DNA of 64,000 nucleotides from a candidate division TM6 bacterium UASB124 (GTDB lineage Bacteria; Babelota; Babeliae; Babelales; RVW-14): NCBI GenBank assembly GCA_945897315.1, contig CAMDFF010000002.1, positions 91,618 to 155,617 of the forward strand, read 5' to 3'. Shown piece by piece: positions 56,908 to 64,000 of this stretch (position 1 is its first letter; each line of letters starts with the position of its first letter). The notes under the pieces were generated by a model. It saw only the letters and a program-made list of their open reading frames with translations, ran no database searches and was not told where the DNA came from. The position numbers and the translations under genes were made by a program.

Positions 56908-57804
56908 ATGCAAAAAAATACTACCATTGAGGCCATTTTCTACTATCAAGGCACGACACTTGTTCCAGAAAGTAATGTCGCTTTTGATATGCAGCGATGG
57001 CTTTACACATCGTGGCTTGGCAGATTTGTGCGATTATTTTTTAATAATCATGTAGTTGCAATGATTGCTGGATGGTACCACAACTCAGGTATGAGTAAGC
57101 ACTTGGTGCAGCCGTTTATTAAAGCATATAAAATTTCTATGACAGATTTTGTAGTCCCTTCTGATGGTTATGCATCGTTCAATGATTTTTTTATGCGTGC
57201 TTTCAAGCAAGATGTGCGGTCTTTGCCACGTGATCAGAGCGTTATAGTAAGTCCTGCGGATAGTAAATTATTTGTTATCTCTTCTGTGTCTCTTGTTTCA
57301 AAGTTTTTTATTAAAGAATTATGCTTTGATATAGAGGTTTTCTTGGGGGATAGTGTACAAGCAAAACAGCTGAGTGCCGGTGCGTTGTGTATATTCCGCC
57401 TTGCTCCCTATGATTATCATCGATTCCATGCACCAGCTGAGGGGATTATTGAGCAGATAAGACACATTCATGGCAAGCTTGAATCGGTCAATCCCATAGC
57501 ATTTATAGCGGGCTATCAGCCACTTACTGTAAATGAACGCGTTGTCATCATGCTAAAAACACCGAGCATTGGTACCATTGCAATAGTTGCAGTTGGGGCA
57601 ATGTTTGTAGGGAGTATTAAAATTGCATGCAAGCAGGGTGATGTGATTGAACGTGGCAAAGAGCTGGGGATGTTTGCGTTTGGTGGTTCTACCGTTGTTG
57701 TCATATTTCCACCTAGTGCTATCAGCATCAAAGAGCAGCTTTTAACGCACTCTTTACAAGGGTATGAGACAGCGATCACCATGGGTACAGCAATTACGAA
57801 TTAA
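56908..57804 (+). CDS. psd: Phosphatidylserine decarboxylase proenzyme
   Basis: SPADSKL, RLAPYDYHRFHAP, and the self-cleavage motif FGGSTVVV (G-S-T). ORF-track 56896 is GTG; ATG 56908 is preferred. Confidence 0.9.
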   Translation: MQKNTTIEAIFYYQGTTLVPESNVAFDMQRWLYTSWLGRFVRLFFNNHVVAMIAGWYHNSGMSKHLVQPFIKAYKISMTDFVVPSDGYASFNDFFMRAFKQDVRSLPRDQSVIVSPADSKLFVISSVSLVSKFFIKELCFDIEVFLGDSVQAKQLSAGALCIFRLAPYDYHRFHAPAEGIIEQIRHIHGKLESVNPIAFIAGYQPLTVNERVVIMLKTPSIGTIAIVAVGAMFVGSIKIACKQGDVIERGKELGMFAFGGSTVVVIFPPSAISIKEQLLTHSLQGYETAITMGTAITN

Positions 57805-57911
57805 ACATTTGTAGTGGTCACGCTTTTCCTCTTGTTGAGAAGCGTTGTTCAGCACTGTGGTGCTGTGTTTCGACATGCTGGGGATGAGCGGTAATCATGA
57901 GGAGAAAAAAC

Positions 57912-58568
57912 ATGCATATTTATCCATCACTAATTTCATCAAACGTTCTTACGCTAGAAAAAACGCTACAGCAGTTTGATCGCTTATGTAACGGTTATCA
58001 TCTGGATGTAATGGACGATCACTTTGTGCCAAACTTAACGTGGGGTCCAACATTTATTAATGCCATACGGCAGGCAACTTCATTGCCGTTGCATGTTCAC
58101 TTGATGGTTGATAATCCAGAAATGTGGATTAATCGGCTTAAATTACAACCAGGCGATACAGTAATTTTCCATTATGAAGCAGTGAGTGATCATGCTCATA
58201 TCAAACGTATTGTTGATATTATTAAATCAGCTCATTTACAGGCAGGCCTTGCAATCAATCCAAACACAGCGCCAGAAAAAGTACACGGCGTACTTGCTGA
58301 TCTTGATATGATTTTATTGATGACAGTGTACCCTGGTTTTTCTGGGCAGACGTTTATTCCTGATGTGCTTAATAAAATTGGAACACTCAGAAAGATGCAG
58401 CAGCTTGTAGGAAATCATGCTATGCTGTGTCTTGATGGTGGTATCAACATAGATACATTGCCATTAGTGCGCAGCCATCAGGTAAACCATATTGCCATTG
58501 CAACGGCAATCTTCGGACAGCCTGATCCGGTAAGCGCCATAAAACAGTTGTACACTTCTTGTAATTAA
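57912..58568 (+). CDS. rpe: Ribulose-phosphate 3-epimerase
   Basis: IYPSLISSN...HLDVMDDHFVPNLTWGP...HLMV...DGGIN. ATG 57912 is preceded by AGGAGA, which lies inside the ORF-track extension. Confidence 0.9.
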   Translation: MHIYPSLISSNVLTLEKTLQQFDRLCNGYHLDVMDDHFVPNLTWGPTFINAIRQATSLPLHVHLMVDNPEMWINRLKLQPGDTVIFHYEAVSDHAHIKRIVDIIKSAHLQAGLAINPNTAPEKVHGVLADLDMILLMTVYPGFSGQTFIPDVLNKIGTLRKMQQLVGNHAMLCLDGGINIDTLPLVRSHQVNHIAIATAIFGQPDPVSAIKQLYTSCN

Positions 58569-58589
58569 TTTTTTATTTGGTGATAGGGA

Positions 58590-61100
58590 TTGCTTGTGAA
58601 CAGTCAGAAACTACGCGTTGGCGTTCTCATGGGTGGCCGCTCCATTGAGCGCGAGGTATCATTCAACTCGGGACGAACTATTTGTGATCATCTTGATACG
58701 CAACGATACACAGTAATTCCTATTTTCCAGACAGCTGATGGTACTTTGTATGAGTTACCACAGCATTTTTTACATCGTGGAAAAATTAGTGATTTTAGCC
58801 ATCGGCTACCCACTGAAGCAAAAAAACTTGCATGGGGCCAGTTAAAAGGCATCGTAGACTTTATGTATCTGGCGCAGCATGGTCGCTACGGTGAAGATGG
58901 TATTATCCAGGGGATGCTTGAAGTGCTGAATATTCCGTACCTTGGTACCAAGGTGCTAGGTAGTGCGATTGGTATGGACAAAGCACGGCAAAAAGAGCTT
59001 TTGATTAATGCTGGCGTTGATGTTGCGCGAGGTATTGTTGTTGAGCCATCTAGCCTCACCTCACTCACCACAGAGCAACTGTGTACAGATCTTGCAGCAC
59101 GTAAGATCTCCCTTCCCGTCATTGTAAAACCATCGCACGAGGGTTCGAGCCTGGGTATTGTGGTTGTTGAACATGCTGATCAGCTAGTTGGTGCGGTCAT
59201 GCACGCAGCAACTGTAGATCACAAGAATCACCAAGCTGTGCTTATTGAAGAAAAATTGGTTGGCATGGAATTCGTATGCGTATTACTTGAAAAGATTATT
59301 AATCATAATAACGTGATTACCCGGTCTTGGTTTTCGCTGCCACTGACAGAAGTTATTCTTGAAGAGAACACCACGTTTTTTGACTATGAACAAAAATATA
59401 TGCCAGGGAAAGCACTTAAAATTACTCCTGCCCGGTGTTCAGCTGAAATAGCAGAGCGGATTGTAAGGGCGTGCCATGCAACTACTGAAGCACTTGGCTT
59501 TACGACGATGTCACGCATTGATGGCTTTCTGAGTAATGATGGGCGTGTCGTTATTATCGATCCAAACACGCTTACGGGCATGGCTCCATCAACTTTTTTG
59601 TTTGCACAAGCAGCAGAAGCAGGTATGAGTCATACCGATTTAATTAATCTATTAATTGATAACGAGCTCCAATCTTATGGGCTTGTACAGTATGAAAGTG
59701 ACTCAGAAAAAGAAAGGGATGCTATGAATGCGCATCCATATAAAAAATTACGTGTTGCGGTTATTTTTGGTGGCGATTCTAATGAACGTGAAGTCTCTTT
59801 TGAATCTGGTCGTAATGTTTGCTACAAGCTTTCGCCTCACAAATATGATGTCATTCCTGTCTTTCTGAGTGATCAGATGGAGCTGTTTCATATTTCTCAA
59901 AAGATTTTAATTAAAAATTCAACGCGTGCTGTAGCTAGTTTAGTTACTGATGAGATGAGGCTTGAGTGGTCTGATCTGCCACAGCATGCTGATTTTGTTT
60001 TTCTTGGCCTGCATGGTGGCAAGGGTGAAAATGGCTCAGTGCAGGGTGCGTTAGAAATGCTTGATATGCCATACAATGGATCAGGTGTACTGGCAAGTGC
60101 GCTCTGTATGAATAAATTTAAAACTAATACTTTTTTGCGCGCGCGTGGATTTCATGTCCCTCGTTCAGCGTTACTTGAAAAAAGTAAGTGGCTGGAGCTG
60201 CAAGCTGAAGCACAAGAGTTATTTATTAATGATTTTTTGAGTTTCAATAATCTTGAGCTTCCGGTAATTGCTAAGCCACATGATGATGGGTGCAGCGTCA
60301 TGGTAAGCAAATCAAAAACCATACAGGCGCTTATTGCAAATGTAGATGCTTATTTTGCTTCGCAAAAAACAACTGTTTTAATCGAAGAGCTTGTGACGGG
60401 TGTTGAGTTGACCATTGGTGTTTTTGGTAACGATAATCCACAAGCTATGCCGCCAAGTCTTGCTGTTGCTAAGGGTGATATCTTAACCCAAGAAGAAAAA
60501 TTTCTGCCTGGTGCCGGAGAAAATCAAACCCCTGCGCCACTTCCAGCTTCTGCGTTGGCGCTTGTTCAGCAAACTGTTCGTGATGCTTACCTGGCGGTTG
60601 GTTGTAAGGGTTACGCCCGTATCGACTGTTTTTATGAAGATGCTGCGATTAGCCCAACAGGTATAGAACGCGTTGTATTGCTTGAATTCAACACATTGCC
60701 AGCCCTTACTCCTGCAACCTGCTTATTCCATCAAGCAGCTGAGCTAGGCATTAAGCCAATGGATTTTCTTGATACTATTATTGAGTTAGGTCTGGCGCTT
60801 CATAAACCAACAGCTCCCGTTCGGCATGGGGCTGCAACGCAAACATCATTTACCGATGACAGTCTCCCCGTGCCTCCGCAGGTAGAGTGTATCGCGGAGC
60901 CAGTTGAGATTATTACTGAAGCAGTGACAACAGACCCAGAAGTTGCTTTAGATGAAGCAGTATTCAAGCCAATTCTAGAAGAAGAACTCAAGCCAGAACC
61001 TATGTCTGAAGAAGCACCGATTCCGAAAAAAGCCCCTAAAGTTGATGACGCTACTACGATGCAAGCGTCTGATGAAACGTTTACAATGAGTTTGTTTTAA
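58590..61100 (+). CDS. ddl: Tandem fusion of two complete D-alanine--D-alanine ligase (ATP-grasp) modules with an acidic C-terminal tail
   Basis: Module 1: LRVGVLMGGRSIEREVSFNSGR...HGRYGEDGIIQGMLEVLNIPYLGT...VIVKPSHEGSSLGI...SRIDGFL...IIDPNTLTGM. Module 2: LRVAVIFGGDSNEREVSFESGR...HGGKGENGSVQGALEMLDMPYNGS...VIAKPHDDGCSVMV...ARIDCFY...LEFNTLPAL. The start is TTG 58590 or GTG 58596. Confidence 0.85.
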   Translation: MLVNSQKLRVGVLMGGRSIEREVSFNSGRTICDHLDTQRYTVIPIFQTADGTLYELPQHFLHRGKISDFSHRLPTEAKKLAWGQLKGIVDFMYLAQHGRYGEDGIIQGMLEVLNIPYLGTKVLGSAIGMDKARQKELLINAGVDVARGIVVEPSSLTSLTTEQLCTDLAARKISLPVIVKPSHEGSSLGIVVVEHADQLVGAVMHAATVDHKNHQAVLIEEKLVGMEFVCVLLEKIINHNNVITRSWFSLPLTEVILEENTTFFDYEQKYMPGKALKITPARCSAEIAERIVRACHATTEALGFTTMSRIDGFLSNDGRVVIIDPNTLTGMAPSTFLFAQAAEAGMSHTDLINLLIDNELQSYGLVQYESDSEKERDAMNAHPYKKLRVAVIFGGDSNEREVSFESGRNVCYKLSPHKYDVIPVFLSDQMELFHISQKILIKNSTRAVASLVTDEMRLEWSDLPQHADFVFLGLHGGKGENGSVQGALEMLDMPYNGSGVLASALCMNKFKTNTFLRARGFHVPRSALLEKSKWLELQAEAQELFINDFLSFNNLELPVIAKPHDDGCSVMVSKSKTIQALIANVDAYFASQKTTVLIEELVTGVELTIGVFGNDNPQAMPPSLAVAKGDILTQEEKFLPGAGENQTPAPLPASALALVQQTVRDAYLAVGCKGYARIDCFYEDAAISPTGIERVVLLEFNTLPALTPATCLFHQAAELGIKPMDFLDTIIELGLALHKPTAPVRHGAATQTSFTDDSLPVPPQVECIAEPVEIITEAVTTDPEVALDEAVFKPILEEELKPEPMSEEAPIPKKAPKVDDATTMQASDETFTMSLF

Positions 61101-61239
61101 TCAGAGATAGCATGTTTTATTTTTGCATGACTAGTGCTTGAAAGCGTCTTGTATTGAGTATGTCGAAGGAAGTCTGTTAGCCGATGTTTACAGCTGACAA
61201 AAAAGCTCTTTTTTATGTGTGTTATGCTAGGAAATAAAC

Positions 61240-61686
61240 ATGAAACTTAATATTAAACAGCAATTACGATTATTGTTTTTGGCACTTGTGCTCGTGTTAC
61301 CAATGAGTGCGGCAGCTTCTTTGGAAACTTTTTGTACCCCAATAGCATTCCCTACTCAAGACGATTATCAAAGTAGTTTGGTTATGGCTATTGAACTTAA
61401 TAGCTTAAGGCTTGTGATGGCGGCTGTTCGCTATGGTGCTATGCCTGGGTTGCCTGACGCAGACGGGCAGATACCATTGGAAAAGGCTTGTAGTATTGAA
61501 ACCATCGATGAAAGAATTATAAAATTTTTACGTGCTTCGTTGGCTATGGCAGTTGTGAAAGATTTTGAATCGAGAGCAGAGGTTAAAAAGGTCCTTGCAA
61601 AGTATCCAGAGGGCTATTTTTTAAGTGCTACTGATGTGGCATTTGAACGTGCGCAGCAGGAATTGTATGCTCTTATAAAGCAATAA
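61240..61686 (+). CDS. Small secreted protein with one or two ankyrin-like repeats
   Basis: Signal peptide MKLNIKQQLRLLFLALVLVLPMSAAAS. LVMAIELNSLRLVMAAVRYGAMPGLPDADGQIPLEKA is ANK-like. First gene of a same-strand array of ANK/RING genes. Confidence 0.5.
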   Translation: MKLNIKQQLRLLFLALVLVLPMSAAASLETFCTPIAFPTQDDYQSSLVMAIELNSLRLVMAAVRYGAMPGLPDADGQIPLEKACSIETIDERIIKFLRASLAMAVVKDFESRAEVKKVLAKYPEGYFLSATDVAFERAQQELYALIKQ

Positions 61687-61709
61687 GTTTTTAAAAAAGG
61701 CAGAAACAT

Positions 61710-62306
61710 ATGGCAGTGTTTTGTGTTAGGCGACGTTTATTGTTGTTGTGCGTTATAATGGCTTTACAAAGTCTTCAGGCGGCAGATCAAGAAAAAAAGC
61801 CTCATCATATGCCATCGATTATGAGATTGCCTGAGGAAAATCATAGCAAAGCTGTAGCAGCCATACGTGAAGGCAATGTTCGTTGGTTGCAATCTATTTT
61901 AATGGATAGCACTACTGGGTGGACGTTGCTGCATGAAGCGTGTGCTCAAGAAAAGCCAAGTCTTGAGGTGGTGAAGATGTTAATCGAGCAGGGTGCTAAT
62001 GTTAACGCTATCAATTATAATGGCTCTACTCCTTTGCTTGAGTTGTTTCGCTGGCCAACCATTAATCTTGATATTGTGAGCTTGCTCCTAAGTTATGGTG
62101 CTTCTCCTAATGTGCGAGATTGTCGAGGGTGTCAGCCTTTGCGCTCTGCATGTTTAGTAGGTGATTTTGATACTGTTGTTGTACTGTGTAGCAATAATGC
62201 GATTATTACAGGAACAATACTGGAGCTTGAAATGGATGAAAGAATAAAAAAATATTTGATACAAAAGCAAAAAACACCATCTAGCCGATGCTGTATAGTT
62301 ATGTGA
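61710..62306 (+). CDS. Secreted ankyrin-repeat protein ending in the CaaX box CIVM
   Basis: Signal peptide MAVFCVRRRLLLLCVIMALQSLQA. ANK repeats (WTLLHEACAQEKPSLEVVKMLIEQGANVN, STPLLELF...IVSLLLSYGASPN). The last codons tgc tgt ata gtt atg tga read C-C-I-V-M-stop. Confidence 0.8.
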   Translation: MAVFCVRRRLLLLCVIMALQSLQAADQEKKPHHMPSIMRLPEENHSKAVAAIREGNVRWLQSILMDSTTGWTLLHEACAQEKPSLEVVKMLIEQGANVNAINYNGSTPLLELFRWPTINLDIVSLLLSYGASPNVRDCRGCQPLRSACLVGDFDTVVVLCSNNAIITGTILELEMDERIKKYLIQKQKTPSSRCCIVM

Positions 62307-62330
62307 CGAATTTTGTTGGGATTTACGCTT

Positions 62331-63266
62331 ATGATTTTTCTGACACGTGTGATATTCTTTTTCATTTTTATTTCAGTTGCCTCTCTTGCGCAAATACAAT
62401 CATCGGCTGCCCCTGAGGAGGCTAGATTGCCTCGTTGCGGTAGTCTGACAGTACCAGTTAGTGCGTGTAGTTTGTCCGAGGCGATTGAGAAAAATAACAT
62501 TGATGCAGTACAGTTGTTCCTAATATCTGGCCATCAGGCTTATGAAGCTGATGGTATGCCCCCAGAGCTTCCTTTGGTAACTGCTTGTTTGTATGGCTAT
62601 ATGGATATTATTGCGTTATTGTTGGCTCGCGGCGCACAGATTAATGCTCGTAGCAGCACTACTGATAAAACAGCACTGTTTGCGACATGCTATCATTTTC
62701 CAATTAACGGTTACTTAGTTAACTATTTGCTTGATCAGGGTGCTGATCCTAATATTACGTCGTTTGGTAATTGGACACCTTTGTATGTGGTTTGTAAGCA
62801 TACCACTGATATAGAGCTGGTTAAACTCTTACTTAAACATAAAGCTATTGTGAATAGCAAATCAGATTGTGGACGTACGCCGTTGCTTGCGGCATGTCTT
62901 TATGGGAGCTCTCATCAAGCGCCATCAAGCTTAGAGCTAGTAAAATTATTACTAGATGCGCATGCAGATGCGAATATCGTGGCTGATGATGGTTGGACGC
63001 CTTTAATTGCTGCATGCTTAGCGAGTCCAATTAATATAGATTTGGTTCAGCTTCTGCTTATATATAAAGCAAATGCTAACCCTTACCCTATGTATAGTGG
63101 AACAACACCGATTATGAGCGCATGCCGACAAGGTAGGCGTGATGTTGTTGAGCTTCTTATGCGGTATGGAGCACAGGTCGATTCTATCGTGTATGCACAT
63201 GCTCAAACGCCAGAAATTCAGGGGATTCTTCAGCCTGAGGTTACGCGGCGCTGTGTAATCATGTAA
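62331..63266 (+). CDS. Secreted ankyrin-repeat protein ending in the CaaX box CVIM
   Basis: ATG 62331 gives the signal peptide MIFLTRVIFFFIFISVASLA. About 6-7 ANK repeats (e.g. WTPLYVVCKHTTDIELVKLLLKHKAIVN, RTPLLAACLYG..LELVKLLLDAHADAN, WTPLIAACLAS..IDLVQLLLIYKANAN). The last codons cgg cgc tgt gta atc atg taa read R-R-C-V-I-M-stop. Confidence 0.8.
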   Translation: MIFLTRVIFFFIFISVASLAQIQSSAAPEEARLPRCGSLTVPVSACSLSEAIEKNNIDAVQLFLISGHQAYEADGMPPELPLVTACLYGYMDIIALLLARGAQINARSSTTDKTALFATCYHFPINGYLVNYLLDQGADPNITSFGNWTPLYVVCKHTTDIELVKLLLKHKAIVNSKSDCGRTPLLAACLYGSSHQAPSSLELVKLLLDAHADANIVADDGWTPLIAACLASPINIDLVQLLLIYKANANPYPMYSGTTPIMSACRQGRRDVVELLMRYGAQVDSIVYAHAQTPEIQGILQPEVTRRCVIM

Positions 63267-63422
63267 CGTGAGGCATGAATTACCTGCCACAGTTCTTTAA
63301 AATGAGTTTTTTCCCCTGTTGCGCCGGGTCTTTTGTATAACCTCTAGACAAGAGTTAATGGATACTGCGAGCATAGAAATATAAATAGTTGTCCTATTAA
63401 TACGCTTGTTGAGGAGATGATC

Positions 63423-63992
63423 ATGGTCACATCCAACACAAAACTAACGGTCATATTTTTATTATTGTTGCCCGGTGCTGCGCTAGTTTCTCTTGGTGCG
63501 GCAGCAGAGCATTCGTTAGGTACTGTTTTAGATGCTTCAACGAGTGTGAGTGCTTTGACTGAGAGCCTTAGTTCTTGTAGCGTTGCAAGCAGCTCTTTTT
63601 TATCCTTAGACGATGTGGGGCAATCCGCGCAATGCTCTATCTGTCTTTGCTCTTTGCGGGCTAAGCGTAGTGTATTGCCCTGTGATCATTCATTTCATCC
63701 CTCATGTATTGCGCATTGGATGCGCTGGCAGCAATGGGAAGGATCAGCAAAAACTACATGCCCCAACTGCCGCCAGGAATTTAACTTTTTACCCGCACCT
63801 ATTGTGGTGCTAGCTGAGACTTCTGTAGCAGTTGCCATTGCGGCGTCGCCCGTGATTATGACAAAAGAGATGCGTGGAGAGCGTTTATTGATATCGGCTA
63901 CACGTAACAATCGTACAACAGAGGTGAGAGAACTCCTGAGGCGAGGTGTTCACCCTGATGCTCTGTTGTATAAAAAAATACTCCGTTATTGA
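63423..63992 (+). CDS. Secreted RING-H2 finger protein, paralog of the 38529..40058 RING domain; ends after a partial ANK repeat near the window edge
   Basis: Signal peptide MVTSNTKLTVIFLLLLPGAALVSLGAAA. RING-H2 pattern CSIC-x12-CDHSFHPSC-x18-CPNC. The tail LLISATRNNRTTEVRELLRRGVHPDA looks like the second half of an ANK repeat. The stop follows an A7 run (63972..63978). Confidence 0.7.
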   Translation: MVTSNTKLTVIFLLLLPGAALVSLGAAAEHSLGTVLDASTSVSALTESLSSCSVASSSFLSLDDVGQSAQCSICLCSLRAKRSVLPCDHSFHPSCIAHWMRWQQWEGSAKTTCPNCRQEFNFLPAPIVVLAETSVAVAIAASPVIMTKEMRGERLLISATRNNRTTEVRELLRRGVHPDALLYKKILRY

Positions 63993-64000
63993 TTGCCTGT

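Noticed and set aside
57850-57870. Small hairpin CAGCAC-tgtg-GTGCTG after psd as a terminator
   Set aside because: The stem is only 6 bp, no U-run follows, and the next gene (rpe) starts 40 nt downstream on the same strand. It is probably irrelevant or at most a weak pause site.

Overview
Bacterial chromosomal window, densely coded on both strands, with AGGAG-like ribosome-binding sites and many short or overlapping gene junctions.

What is here:
- The gene content points to a host-dependent, probably intracellular, protist- or amoeba-associated bacterium. A Dependentiae/TM6-like or similar lineage is my inference only.
- Nucleotide economy: three tandem Tlc/NTT-type nucleotide transporters, a deoxynucleoside kinase and a class Ia ribonucleotide reductase.
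- F-ATPase genes are split into two partial operons. No subunit a or gamma gene is present in the window.
- Housekeeping genes recognised: nrdAB, murE, glmU, secA, pcrA/uvrD, recD2, sbcD, atpE-F'-F-H-A, atpD-C, psd, rpe, a SulP transporter, a LysE exporter and tRNA-Ser(CGA).
- Two cell-surface glycan loci: 1..4362, and a 10 kb operon at 11185..20881 that contains three tandem GT-C paralogs.

Most interesting observations:
- Five Sec-signal-bearing proteins carry eukaryote-like domains. Two have full RING-H2 fingers, one of them fused to ankyrin repeats. Two other ankyrin-repeat proteins end in canonical CaaX prenylation boxes (CIVM and CVIM).
- A single 836-aa polypeptide contains two complete D-Ala-D-Ala ligase modules.
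- A 7-TM PQ-loop protein is translationally coupled to secA.
- A conserved non-coding motif occurs upstream of both the RING-ANK gene and a nucleotide-transporter gene.
- A perfect 48-bp palindrome lies in a divergent intergenic region.

I recognised no rRNA, CRISPR array, transposase, integrase or prophage.

Limits: all calls come from reading the supplied translations and the sequence by eye. Start codons were adjusted by hand where the ORF track starts at TTG/GTG or upstream of an obvious RBS+ATG. No database search or computation was run.
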